In this document: one piece after another, positions 42,320 to 55,421 of the stretch
Numbering within the stretch: the stretch's first letter is position 1
Layout: every line of letters begins with the position of its first letter
Source of the DNA: the human T2T-CHM13v2.0 reference genome, Homo sapiens
Length of the DNA: 64,000 bases
Direction: 5' to 3' (one strand)
Assembly (NCBI RefSeq): GCF_009914755.1
Contig: NC_060935.1
Position numbers and translations under genes: made by a program
The notes under the pieces: model-generated
Told to the model about the DNA's origin: nothing
The model's database searches: none
Seen by the model: the letters and a program-made list of their open reading frames with translations, nothing else

Positions 42320-42971
42320 AGAATTTGTTAGTTTTCTGACTTAATGATCTTTGTCTTCCTATCATTGGAGTGTTGACATTCCCTAATATTATTGTGTGGC
42401 TGTCTAAGTCTTTTAACAGGTCAAGAAGAAATTATTTTATGAATCTGGATGCTCTAATATTGGGTGCATATGTATTTAGGACTGTTAAGTATTCTTGTTG
42501 AATTGAAACCTTTATCGTAATGTAGTGCCCTTCTTTAACCTTTTTTTACTGTTTTTGGTTTAAAGTCTGTTTGTTTTTTCTGATATAAGAATAGTGACCT
42601 CTGCTCTTGTTTTCCATTTGCTTAATAGCTCTTTTTCCAACCCTTTCTGTTGAGCCTATGGGTGTCTTTTGTTTTGAGATGGGTCTTTTGAAAACAGAAG
42701 AAAGATGCGTCTTGTTTTTTAATCTGCCTTGCTACTCTGTGCCTTTTAAGTGGGGTATTAAGACCATTTATATTCCAGGTTAATATTGATATATGAGGTT
42801 TTGATTATATTGGGAAGTTGTTAGCTCATTGTTTCATAGTTTTGTTTTATAGGGTCTGTTGGCTATGTACATAAGTGTGTGTGGTAGCAGGTATCAGTCT
42901 TTCATTTCCATGTTTAGAACTCTCTTAAGGATCTCTTGTAAGTCGTGTCTAGTGGTAACAAATTCCCTTGC
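42320..42971 (-). mobile_element. L1PA16-like LINE-1, 5' remainder (ORF2 EN start to inter-ORF), 5'-truncated
   Basis: Continues the host L1 (ttgggtgcatatgtatttagg; tctagtggtaacaaattccc). Confidence 0.88.
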
Positions 42972-43664
42972 GGCTGTGTTTAAAATACGACTAAATATCC
43001 TTGAAGTAAGCTCTCAGGAAATGGAATCTTGTATCAACAATGAATGTATTTTGTAAGTACATATTTTGATTTCTCAGTGTTTTTCTTTTACCCTATACAG
43101 TTGAGTGCTCCTTTTGTATACTTTATAGCATATTTCATAATCTATCTTATGTTAACTTTTTATGAATATGTCACCTTACTCCTTGATTGGGTCAACCATA
43201 CCTTAGTCATTCCCTTATTCCCACAATACCTCATAAACTCCCTTTCTTAAAATCAACAATGAATATATATTTATTGGTTTGAAGTAAACTGAAAAGAGGT
43301 GCTACTAACTGTGGTTGTCAATGAAGATTTATAAACAATCTGTGCTATGAATTCCTAGAAAAGAAATAATACTTAGAACTAAAGTGATCTGGTAAGCTTT
43401 ATGGAAGAGATGAAGAGATAAAGTGCTTATATAATCAAAATGCACATGGCTTTTGTTTTACAAATCACCATAATTGCCATCACCATTATAAAAAGTGATG
43501 TTTTACTAGCAAATGTTAATTAATACACAATATTCTTGTTTTAATTCAATATATTTAACACTGGGAGACAGATAAATTCATGCATAGACAACTATGCAAG
43601 GAATGTAACATATCAATCATGCAATTTTCCCTCTAAAACATAAGCCACTGCATTAATGGGTTAC

Positions 43665-43862
43665 AAATATATATATATATTTATATATATAATATAAATT
43701 ATATATATATAAATATATATAAATTATATATAAATATATATAAATTATATATATAAATTATATATATAAATATATATATATTATATATAAATATATAATA
43801 TAAATTATATATAGAACTATATATATATATATATATATATACACACAGAGAGAGAGAGAGAG
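43665..43862. repeat. Compound AT-only / (TA)n / (CA)n / (GA)n repeat
   Basis: 149 bp with only A/T (43665-43813), then (TA)n, (CA)3 and (GA)n. Confidence 0.97.
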
Positions 43863-45779
43863 TCAGTTCATGGTATAGTGAAGGCCCTTTCTCTTCATAT
43901 GTTTTTTGATTGAACTTGTCTACAGGAGCTAATACTCTAGTGCAGGCAACAAATCTATTCGATAAAGAAAAATTTTTTAAAAATAGTAGGAAGTAGTGAA
44001 AGGTTTTGAAACTCCTTATGTTCAGAACTGAATTTAAAAAGACCCTGCCTCCAAAATATTAAAGCAGAGATTGATAAATAGATATATAGGTAGGTAAGCA
44101 GACAGACAGGCAGATAAATCTGCATAGGGAACAAGTACTTTTCTCCTGTCAAAATATGTTCCCTTCACAACTCTTTAAACTCTTTATTTTTATTGGTTTG
44201 TAAACTTGATGTTTCTGCAAAACAGATAGTAAATTTAAATTTATTTTGGCCTAATCAGCATCATAAAGGGAAACATGAGGTTTCCTTAACAGTACTGGCT
44301 TATGCGTAGTCTTCCACTAAGTCCAGAACTTAAACTATTGCACCAACTGTTATTCAGTCATACCCTTTGCCATTTTAGCAATATGTTGCATGAGGTAAAT
44401 CGTCTTGCCCACTGTGGTGAAGAGACTATGTTTTATTCCTCATCTCTGTATCCCCAACACCTAGTATAGTACTTGACTAATGACATGTATTCAGTCAATG
44501 TTAGTTGATAAAATTTATAAACTCAGAGACATACAAATAAGAGGCAGCAATCATTTTAGTCGAAGACAAACATTCCAGAAGATAGGCTTGGGTATGACTG
44601 TCATCTGTGGTTACAACATACAATTTTTCATCTGGTCTATATGGAGACCAGAATACTGATACTGGTCTTATCTGCCATACAGAATTCCTAGCTTCAGTGT
44701 CAAGTCCAGAAAAGAAAGATCATCAAGCTTTCTATTCTTTATGTGAAAAGTTTTTTTACACCTGTTGTCAGTGCCTCAGCATTCATCCAGTTTTGCGTTC
44801 AAGTCTTTGCTTTGGCCTTAAGAATGGAAAGATTTTGAATTACAGAATCTGACTTTAAAGGTGAGTAATTCTCACTGAACACAATTTCTGATTTTGACTC
44901 TATTAAAAGACTGCATGGAAACAACTTTTTCTCTAACATTTTCCATGTTCTAAGATTTGTTTTTAGATTTTTTTATTCTCTAATGGTGGCAATGAGTTTA
45001 TTCTGAGTCATCCATACTGTTTTTTTGTTTTGTTATTAATTGATATTATCGTGATATAGCTTGGAGGGTAAATGGGGCAGTCAGAAACCCTGGAAAACAC
45101 TAGTTTTCAATTTATGTCTATAGGTCCATCAATATCCGCATGGATCTAGGGATAACAAAACTCCTGGGTGATTGACCAAAAAGAGGGAATGTATTTACTT
45201 GAGTGCTTATATAAGAAACACAACTAAACAGAGGTTCTAAGTTATAGTTGAGGCAGAAAGCAAAAGGTCAAAACTATTGAAAAATGATCAGATTATATGA
45301 CTGGAATGCAATTGAATATAGACAGCTTTTGGCATTTTTATTTGCAGAGGTATCAGCTAGAACAGAAAGTATAATTTGAGGCAAGTCAGATAATAAATTT
45401 AGGATTGAAGCCACAAGTAGTTAAAATGTTCCAGTATCCCACTTTTATATGGTATCTATCTTATCCTGAAGAGATGACTTGTTGATTTAAAGGTCCAAAA
45501 AGTCAGACTTCTGAAATTCAAAGAACAATAAAAAGTCAAGTATAGCTAGGGATTATAAAGTGTGAATCTGAAATCCTGCACTGTCCAAGATGATAAAACA
45601 CAAACATTAGCAAGGTCAGGGATCTTTGAGCAGACTACTTGAAAGTGATATTTGATGGGATGACCTCAAAGAATCAAATAACTCTTGGTATACGTTCATC
45701 ATTATAATTATCATAATGGCATTGATATTTGGATAATTCTGATGTAACAGCTCAGTATTAGGAACTGAGTATATAAAAA

Positions 45780-47340
45780 AAAGGAACTCAAAAGAGGAGT
45801 CTTAAATGTAGATTTGATAAGAGACAAGAGGCAACAATGTAGTTAAGTGCATTGGAGATGTTAAGCGCACTGGATTGAGTGGTGGCACTGGTTATGAACA
45901 GGAACAACAGCTTTGTGGGACAGTTTTTGTGAAGAAATATGTATAAGGCTCAGAGATTGACAACATAGAGGAAAAAGGAAAGGAATTTAAGATTCGGATG
46001 ATTGTGAAAATGGTAGTAGCATGGCCAGAAAGAGGGATGTTTGAAATGGAAGTTGGCTTTGGCATTAATGATAATTAGTTCTATTTAGAAAATATGCTTT
46101 AGGTGAAAGCAAAACATCTAGATGTCCACGTGGATGTTAAGTTAGCTTCTATTGACTTACTATATTCTGCTATAAAAAAATACCCAAGAATGGGTAATTT
46201 ATAAGAAAAGAGGTTTAATTGGCTCATGGTTCTGTAGGCTGTGCAGGAAGCATACTGGCTTTTGGGGAAGCCTCAGGAAACTTACAATCATGACAGAAGG
46301 TAAAGGGGAAGTGGAACTTTGCAGGGCCAGAGTAGGAGGAAGAGAAATTGGGGAGGTGCCACACACTTTTAAACAACCAGATCTCATGAGAATTCTCTCA
46401 TGAGAATAGCACCAAACGGGGAAATCTATCCCCACGATCTGATCACCTCCTACCAGGCACTACCACCAACACTGGGGATTACAATTAAACATGAAATTTA
46501 AGTGGGGACACAGATCCAAACCATATTACTTACACAACCTTAGATAAAATAAAATATTACCCTAGCAAAATCCTGAGAATAAAAATTTTGGACTGTATAG
46601 TTGCTCTCTGACACTATTAGGCATACAGGTACTATAAGTCTTCTTGCTTCACCATTTTTTAGAAAAAGCATTTGACTCCATGGCTGCCAGGTGACCACTG
46701 TGTCTTCAGGCTACACCTCTGTATTTGGGAAATAAAAAGGGAAAAGGATAAAAGGAAGAGCCAAAAAAGTGTTTTATCAAAGATTGCCACTTTAGAAATT
46801 ATTTCCAGGAAGTCCTACCTAATGACTTCTGCTGATATAACCAGCACTGGACTACACACATGCATGTTTTAGCCTCTATAACAGGGAAAGGCAAAAAATA
46901 AGTAGCCAGTATATCGTCTCTGCCACAATATGGTATTGAAACTAGGTAGATAAAGTCAGGAGATAGACAACTATAAATGAGACTGCCAAGGGAGAGATTA
47001 CAGAGAAAGAAGAACAAAAGGCTGAGGGAAGGGCCTGAATAACTTTCAAGGAAAGATTGCTATCATGAAAGTTGAGGGGAGACCTGAGAAAGCAAGAATA
47101 AAGAACCAAACAGAAACAATTCCAAGAAAAATATATGAGTAACAATGCAACATGCTATGAAGTGATTAAGTAGTGAAAATGAACAAATGGTAACAGGAAG
47201 GTCACTGATGGTCTTCGATAGAAAAATTTATGTAGAAAATTGGGAGAATAAAACAGTCTGCCAGAGCTAAGAAGTAAACACATTTTGAAGAAAAGGAAAC
47301 AAAGAATAAACACTACTGTTTTCAGGAATTTAATAGTAAA
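45780..47340 (-). mobile_element. Degenerate L2 pieces (interrupted by MSTA and an MLT fragment)
   Basis: Purine-rich antisense-L2 motifs (gctttaggtgaaagcaaaacatctagatgtcc; aacaggaaggtcactgatgg; ttttcaggaattt). Confidence 0.5.
46161..46528 (-). mobile_element. MSTA solo LTR
   Basis: gaaaagaggtttaattggctcatggttctg ... gggacacagatccaaaccatatta; exact 5-bp TSD cttac at 46156-46160 and 46529-46533. Confidence 0.93.
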
Positions 47341-47469
47341 AGGAAAAAAAAAAGAGAAACTGAGTAAACCAAAAAGTTGTTGGCGAGATCTGAACATTTA
47401 TTTAGGCATGAAAAATATTAACCAATATCTGATAGATAAATACCCAGGGGAGAAACTTTTCTTTAAGTA

Positions 47470-47600
47470 CTATCTACTTATGAACTCAATATTTACAAAA
47501 ATTCTATCAAGTGGGTACTATTATTATTCCAATTTTAAAGAAGAGAAAACAGGTTTTCCGTAACTAGTTTAAGGTCACACAACTGGTAAGTATCAGAGCT
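47470..47600 (-). mobile_element. MIR fragment
   Basis: gggtactattattattccaatttta; aaggtcacacaactggtaagt. Confidence 0.7.
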
Positions 47601-48872
47601 TCTTTCTTCTTTTTATTCAGATGATGTTGATTGAATGCCCATTATGGTGCTACTATCTTTACACTTACTGCTTGGGACACAACAATGAATAAGGTACCGT
47701 ATTAACTTATAGCCTAGAAGATGAGAGAGACAAATAAGCCAAACTGAGGTTTTCAATTCTGACTTATGAAAACTAAACCTGGGGGAATATCAGGTGTAAA
47801 GGTCTTGACAAAGGTGCTAAACACAGAAAAATCTTTAAGAGAGGCCTCTCTCCTGCACATTACAATTCTCTTTCCAGCATTCTATTTGGGAAGTGGTATT
47901 TCATATGTCAGAGACCACTGGAAGTTAAAAATATAACTGAGGATACATAGAAAGTCCATCTGAACTTGGGAAAAGTTGTTCAAGTTTCAGGGTTCTTGGT
48001 GATAAATTTGCTCATATGCATGTTTCATTAAGAATCAAAGCATGTGCATCCTTCCGCATTGAAGCCAACAGCAGAAGCACAACAGCATTCCCAAGGTACA
48101 GTGACTAATACTTTGAGTAAGGCCTCAGTGTTCCCTTTATAGATCAGGTGTTAATATACACTGACATGCTTGCTCACAGCACTGAAAATTAATACGAGCA
48201 CAGTGGGCTAAATAAAGTGCTACTCTGAAAATGCAAATGCTTTGGGTAGAATGGAAGGAATTTTATGGCTTTCTTTAGAAATATTTTCTCAGTTTGTTTG
48301 AAGATAAAAATAAAATGCTAAAAATCCCATTAAGACCTTTTAGAAGTGGTTGTATTTTTCCTTCTACATCTTGTACTGAAGCAAAACCTTTGACTTGTAA
48401 TATGACAAACATATTCCCAGAAAGGATATGTTGGGATTAATAAGTGATAAACTCATTTTCCAATAATAATCCTTTTTGCCTTTTGAAATAAGATACTTTT
48501 AATGAGGTTCTTTTTTAAAATTATTTTTCCTGGGTAGTTTATTATAGATTCAGTGGTCTAAATGGGATAGAATTGGTCAGTTAGCCAAAACATCTGTACA
48601 CATTGAAGTTGCATTTTATTTCTCAGAGCAAGAACTTTGATCACCTAATACCTTTGGAGACTAACAATGACCATTTCATAGACTCTTTGAGCCGTAAGAA
48701 CCTTAGAGATCAACCTAGCAGGGATTATTCCAAGAACTGTGTAGTTCTGGAAGTATTTTACTTGAAGTGGGTTGAGGTAAAAAAGATAAAGGACTCTTAA
48801 GTCAGATACAGGAAGTCTTAATAATATAACTAGTTATGCCCTTTCTGTGGCCACTGGTCTAAATATATTTAA

Positions 48873-49100
48873 CACAGTTGTTAAATAGCACAAACTATGG
48901 CACCAGACTTCTTCTGCCACTTACTAATTGTGTGACCTCAGACTTACTAAAAACCTCAGTTTCCTCTTCTGTAAAATGGGAATAATAGTACCCACTTGAT
49001 GGAGATTTTGTAAATAATAAGTGAATCCATAGATAGAAAGTGCTTAGAACATTCTTTGGCACATAAAAGTATGTATGTTTAAGTTGTCATCATTATAATT
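48873..49100 (+). mobile_element. MIR SINE
   Basis: ctgccacttactaattgtgtgacct; cctcagtttcctcttctgtaaaatgggaataatagtacc; aaagtgcttagaac. Confidence 0.9.
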
Positions 49101-50715
49101 TAATTTTCACATTACTATGAGACAGTAAGTGGTATAATTTTACGTATGGAAAAACTGATGCTTACAGAAGGAAAATAGCTTGTATAGTTATTCATCTATT
49201 AAGCAGGAGAACCAGCAAAGAAGCACCGTGACATTGACTCCAAAGTATATGTTCTATATGATAGTACTTCGAGACCCAATTTACATACAAAATTAATGTC
49301 ATGTGCCACCTATATTATTATTCATTCAATGCCATTTTAGTTAATATTCAAATTTCAATTAAAAATAAGATTGCAACATCAGTCTAAGATGTGTATTTGT
49401 AACTTTTACATACTAAGGTTTAAGCTGGCCGAGTTTTGTTTCAACACACTTGAAAAAAAAACCCGAGATATATTAAAACGTTATTGCTGCTGTTAAAAAT
49501 AAACACAAATTTAGTGTCTTAAAACAACACAGATTTATTCTTTAACAGTTCTAGAGGCAAGAAGACAGTTTCATTGAAAACAGATTCAGTGAAATCAGTT
49601 TCACTGGGCTAAAGTCAGGGTTTCTTCAAAGTTGATTCCTCCTGGAGGCTCCAGGGAGAATCTTATTTCTTTGCTATTTCCAGCTTCTAGAGGCTGCCTG
49701 CCTTCTTTGCCTTATGCCCCCATCCTCCACCTTCAAAGCACATCATTCCAATATCTGCTTCAGTCCTTACATTGCATTCACTTTTTCTAACCATGCTGCC
49801 ACCCTCTTATAAGGACCTTTGTAACTACATTTGGTTCATTTGGGTAATCTAGGATAATCTCTATATCTCAAAATTATTAAATCATCTCTGTAAAGTCTCT
49901 TTTGCCGTGTAAAGTAACATATTCATTCACAGGTTTTGGAGACTATGACACGGACATCTTTCGGGAAAGGGGAGATGTCATTATTCAGCCTGTAACAGGG
50001 CCCTCTCTGGCCATGTCACTCCCTCATGCAAAATACATTAAACTGATCTTAACATCCTCAAAATTCTCAACTCACTGCAGCTTCAACTCAAAGGCCAAAA
50101 TTTCATCTCAATATTATCATCTTAAGACACCCAAATCTCATTATCTAAATAAGATAAGCTAAGAGTTTGGTTTGATCCATCCTGGAGCAAAATTATTCTT
50201 CCTCTGTGGAATCTGTGAAACTAGAAAACAAATAATCTGCTCCCAAAATACAATGGTGGGATAAGAATAGGGTAACAGTTATAGACATTTACATTCACAA
50301 AAAAGAAGGAAAGGAAATGGAAGACAAGTCACTAGCCCAAGGCAATTTTAAAATTTAATCAGGAAAATTTAATTAGGTTTCAAAGTTTAGGATTAATTAT
50401 CTGTGGTTCTGGCTCTGCCCTGTGGGAACGTGACTCTAACCTCTGGGACTGAAGTTCTGCCCTCTGGACTCAAGGCATGGTCCTCTGAATTATGATTTTT
50501 TTTCATAAAAGTAGCATATGTTTGCAGCTGAGTAGTTTCATTAGTCTGTTTCATCCATGTAGAATTTTGAGTCTGGCAGCCTTCTTTCACTACATCGTCT
50601 CTTGTTTATTTCAGTCTAAGCTGACAGTGTTTCTGCTGATACATAAAATTTTCTAAAACCTTATAGGTCTCCTATGTATGCCACAGCCTTTTACTCCATT
50701 AGGCATGAAGTTCTT

Positions 50716-51019
50716 TTTTTTTTTTTCTTTTTTTTTTCACGAAGTCTCGCTCTGTCACCCAGGCTGGAGTACAGTAGTGGCGCCATCTCGGCTCACTGCA
50801 AGCTCTGCCTCCTGGGCTCACGCCATTCTCCTGCCTCAACATCCCGAGTAGCTGGGACTACAGGCACCCGCCACCACGCCCGGCTAATTTTTTGTATTTT
50901 TAGTAGAGACGGAGTTTCACCGTGTTGGCCAGGATGGTCTCAATCTCCTGACCTTGTGACCCACCTGCCTCGGCCTCCCAAAGTGCTGGGATTACAGGCT
51001 TGAGCCACCGCGCCCAGCC
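50716..51019 (-). mobile_element. AluY-like element inside the MLT1 internal region
   Basis: ctgcaagctc, cacgccattctcc; diverged TSD tagg(cat/tgg)gaagttctt at 50700-50715 and 51020-51035. Confidence 0.95.
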
Positions 51020-51619
51020 TAGGTGGGAAGTTCTTACACAAGTCTTTCTAAGGTAATCCCATCACTATTTTTGACATCTGCTGAGAAAGTTAAAGAGCTC
51101 CCTAAATCACATACCTAATCTCTTCAGATATCCCTCTGTGTGATTAAATTTTATAATGATTTTTTTCTTCAGAGGCACTTCAAAAAGGTTTTCCAACCAA
51201 ACCTTGGCTTTGTCTCCAGAAGAGAATCTCCCTAATTTTAGCGTCTTTTGCAGTGTGGAATGGCTGAAAATTTCCTAAATTATCGACTTCTGGTTCTTTT
51301 TAGCTTGACAGTTCTTCCCTTAATTTGCCCTTTTCTGTCACATTTTGCTATATGCAGCAAGAAGAATACAGGTCACACCTTTCACACTTTTCCACTGTAT
51401 ATGTATTTTTAAATCTCCTTAGCTAAATATCCAAGTCATTGTTTATAAGTTATGCTTTTCACGTAACTGCAGGATGTAGCCCAGTGAGGCTTTCTGATCC
51501 TATGTAACAGGGATCCTCTTTCCTACAGTTTCCAATAAAACATTCCTCATTTTCTACCATACTAGAAGTACCTTTAATGTCCATTTTTCTACCCAACAGA
51601 CTGTTTATCACAATTTAGA

Positions 51620-51660
51620 TATTCCACAGATGGTATAGGTATTCCACAGATGGTACAGGT
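51620..51660 (+). repeat. 20-bp tandem duplication
   Basis: tattccacagatggtatagg / tattccacagatggtacagg. Confidence 0.9.
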
Positions 51661-52879
51661 CCCACGTCAATTCCTCTTGCGTCTTCACTGGAAGAGTCTT
51701 TAACATCCGTATTTGTACTAACAGTCTCTTCAAATCAATGTAAGTTTTTCCTATCATGCTCTCTGAAAATTTTCCAACCTCTACCCATTATTCAATTCCA
51801 AAAACACTTTTACATTTTAGGTTTTATTACAGCAGCATTCCATTTCCAAGTACCCAAATCTGTATTTTCCTCCAATTATTGCTGTACAAAGTTATTTCAA
51901 ACGTAATGACTTAAAACAACATAAACTTATTTACCTCGTAATTCTGGAGACCAGAAATCTGAAATCCATTTTACTGAGGTAAAAACAAGATGTCTGGATG
52001 GCTGGATCCTTCTGGAGGCTTTAGGGGCCAATCTATTTCCTTGCCTTTTCCAGCTTCTAGAGCACACCTGCATTCCTTGGCTTGTGCACCATTCCTCCAT
52101 CTTCAAAGCAAATCATTTCAATCTTTGCATTTATTGTTACATTGCCTTCTATCTTTCTGATCATCCTGTCTTCTTCGTATAAGGATGCTTACAATAGATA
52201 GTCAATAATAGTTTTCCCATATCAAGATCCTTAACTTAATCACATCTTCAAAGTTTCTTTTGCCATTTAAGGTAACATATTCATAGTTTCCAGGAATTAG
52301 GACATAGACATATTTGAGGAGCATTATTCATCCTAAAGCACAAGGTTTAGATCAAGAGACAATTATTTTTACAAATCTCCTAAGCAGGATAAATTTAAAA
52401 GACAGAAAATTTGGATGAAATTTTTAATAATTTTTCAGTTTTCACTCATCCACATACTTGGCTCACCAAGGCTACAGTAAAATCCAGTGTTTGGCTAATT
52501 ACCAATTTTATTATAAGAAAGATGCCTGCTTAGGATAAAATATTTATCTAAATATAACAAGGGACTCATGACAACAAATGCTTGACTCTAAGTGTTACAG
52601 GGTCTCAGAAAAACTATAATAATAACTTTAACTTAGAGAAAAGTAAACATTACTGAGTCTTTTTGCTGAATTAAAACTGAACTACATTTTTCAAATGGTT
52701 TCTCCCAAAAATTTGCTTAGATGATCATTTACCCTCATCCCCATATTTTAGGTTTTTATTTTATAAACAATGAAAACAAAAGGCATTTTGCTGCAGCCTA
52801 GATAACTTTTATATAATTACACCTTTTGGATTAAAACAATAGTGCATCAGATTTGCTCACTGTGCTAGAGAGACAACAT

Positions 52880-53000
52880 ACCCATCACTAAAAGCCTGAC
52901 TTGCCAGTCCACAGAATTCCGTCTTCTATCCCAGCTCCTGCTTACTACAGCTGTATGACCTTGGGCAAGTTAAATAGCCTCCCTTCAAAAATTAGATTGT
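52880..53000 (+). mobile_element. MIR fragment
   Basis: cccagctcctgcttactacagctgtatgaccttgggcaagtta. Confidence 0.75.
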
Positions 53001-53589
53001 GCAAATATTTACTGCTAGTGACAAGAACACTGTTGATAATTTACATATTGATAGTATATCCAGAAATTATCTTATTTCTCATAATTTAGTTTGGGTTTTC
53101 TATACAAGTGATCATTAAATGGCAATTTTTGTCTTCTTTTTTCCTTCTTTTTTAGTTAGAGCCTCCACTATAATATTGGGTAAAAGTGATCATGGTTGAC
53201 ACAAAGTTTATAATACAAGGTTACAGATGTCATAATCATTCAAGGCAGAGCTGAGAGCCTAACATGATCTTTGCACTGTGAAGATAAAACTAGTTAGGGC
53301 TATGTAGTCAGTAAGGATAACTGATAATGGATATGAGATTTATCTCTATAAAATCACTTTTGGTATGTATAGAGAGTCCATAAATATCATCAGATCTTAT
53401 TACATGAGAAATACATTTAGTATTACCCATACTAAAATGTAAAATAAGTAATTTTAGAAAAATAATATTTAAAAAGGGAACTCAAAAACTGGCATTTTTA
53501 GAGAATGAGCAAGTTGGCTTAATAGTGTAATCAATTAAGTTTCAAAAATTTTCAAAGACCATTGAACTAAACATTTAACCTTAAAGACC

Positions 53590-54660
53590 TATTCATTCAA
53601 TCAGATAAAAATACTTATCTGTATTGAGTTCTTACTATGTGCCAAACACTGTGGTAAATGTTTTAAATGCAAATATAGATAAGATACTACTCTTGTCTTC
53701 TAGGCTTTAAGAGTCTACATTGAAAGTAAGAAAACAAGCAAACACCAGAGTATAGGGTGATAGGCACTATTGGTGGAGGAATATAGTGTGCGAACATCTC
53801 TAACATCAAAATGGTCAGGGAGGTAGGGCTTCCTGTAGGTAACACTTGACCTGAGAGTCCAAGAAAAAAATAGCTATTGCCTTGACCTGACAGTCCAAGA
53901 AAAAAACGGCTGTTGCCTTCATGGGGAAGAGAAGAGTCCATATCATAGTCAAAATAATAGAATAACATAATTCTCCAGGGAATTATTTTATATGGCAAGA
54001 TAGAAGAGTGATAGGCCATGAGGCTGACCACCATATTTGGAGTCAAACAATTATATTTGTGGTATGAAAAATTTATTTTGGTGGCATATCAAGACTGGTT
54101 TAGATACTAGAGAAATACATGGAGGGTAAATAACTAAATAAAATAATTCAGTAATCCAGTTGAGAAGTAATAAGGATATTGACTAAGAAAATGAAAATAG
54201 GTATGAGTAGGGGTGGCAAAATGAAGATGTGGATATAGAATCAACAAAATATGTAAAGTTAGAGACAGGAGTCAGGGATCTATTTCAGATAATAATGCAC
54301 TCAGTAAGATGGAATATACCAAAAGAGGAAGATTTTGTTTAAAAAAAGATAATAAAGTTTTGGTCCAATTTAGCTGGTAGTATTTATAGGAAATATTCCA
54401 ATGGAAATGTCCTCTATATAGTTGGATCTATTGGCTTTGAGGTCAGAATAGAGGTCGGGGATTGAGATATATATTTAAGAGACATCCACGAATAATTAAG
54501 ACCACAGGTATGATTAAATTTGTCCAAGGAAAGAGAGGAGAATAAAATGGTTTAAGATGAAGCCCTAGAGAACATTACACTTTAAAAGGAAAAAAAATAA
54601 AAAGAGGAATGCCACTAAGAGGTATAAGAAATATCAGAGGGTTAGCCTAAGGCCAGGTAA
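53590..54660 (-). mobile_element. L2 LINE, 3' about 1 kb
   Basis: attcattcaa ... tattgagttcttactatgtgccaaacactgtg (reverse L2 terminus) followed by purine-rich L2 body. Confidence 0.75.
53845..53919 (+). repeat. 36-bp tandem duplication (4 mismatches)
   Basis: cttgacctgagagtccaagaaaaaaatagctattgc / cttgacctgacagtccaagaaaaaaacggctgttgc. Confidence 0.9.
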
Positions 54661-54735
54661 AATAGAAAGAGATAGGAGAGTATATTTAAGATATAAAGCA
54701 AACCTTGTGGTAGCCGCTACTCTCATTTTCTAACC

Positions 54736-55052
54736 CTGAAGTAGCAAATTTAAATGCCTATGGGAGTCAGGCAGGTAATTCAATGAGCAGAGAGGCTTGG
54801 GTGTAGGATAATGATGGGGGACTGTCATATGCCAGAGAGCATCTTGTATAGATGAGGCAGCTGTTATCTAGGTCCTGCCTGTTACTGCCCTGTGGGAATC
54901 TGGGTCAATGTTGCCAGATATTTGACTTTTTCAAGAAAAGCTAAAACTCTATATTTTTATATGAAATCTGCCAATTTAAAAATGTTTAAAGCCTCTCAAG
55001 AAGTACCTATGGGATTTTTTTCAGCCCACAGGCTGCCAGTTTGTAACATCTG
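54736..55052 (-). mobile_element. MER102-like hAT-Charlie DNA transposon
   Basis: aaatgcctatgggagtcaggcaggtaa; tgttgccagatatttgactttttcaagaaaagc; gctgccagtttgtaacatctg. Confidence 0.75.
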
Positions 55053-55322
55053 CCTTAGCATCTACGACGGGAACAGTTCTGGGCCAGGAAGATCACTGGT
55101 CGGGCCCGCAATTATAATCTTCCATTTCCATATTCATGAGTTGGTTCTTCACACAGATACCTTGAAGAATAATTTTGACATTTTGTGCTACTCAATTTAA
55201 AGGTTGACAATGGAAAAAAATTAAAGAAGCAGCTCATGAAAAGACAGATGTTCTAATCAATGCCTTAGAATGTTTTGTAACCTTTGCTAGCTGCTGTCAT
55301 ATAAGACATTGACAACTATAAA

Positions 55323-55421
55323 CAGGGTGACCATATACTTTAGCATTCAAACATGGGCACATTTGGGGTGAAGAGGGATGCTCTTAGCAGGAGGTATAAA
55401 GTGAAATGTTTAATTACCCTA
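55323..55421 (+). mobile_element. MER94-like hAT-Blackjack MITE
   Basis: TIRs cagggtgaccata / taattacccta; 8-bp TSD actataaa / agtataaa. Confidence 0.75.

Larger units (their letters stand above)
49469..52340 (-). mobile_element. Two-LTR MLT1 (B/C-like) MaLR element (LTRs about 49469-49997 and 51861-52340, with internal region)
   Basis: Two homologous LTRs (cttaaaacaac; tttccagcttctagag; aaggtaacatattca; cattattca.cct); internal motifs ccaaaatacaatggtggga and ttccaagtacccaaatc. Confidence 0.88.

Noticed and set aside
45842-45874. 18-bp-period repeat gttaag(t/c)gca(t/c)tgga
   Set aside because: Ordinary small duplication inside a degenerate L2
46381-46407. Palindromic ctcatgagaattctctcatgag
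   Set aside because: Lies inside the MSTA LTR and derives from its own repeated motif
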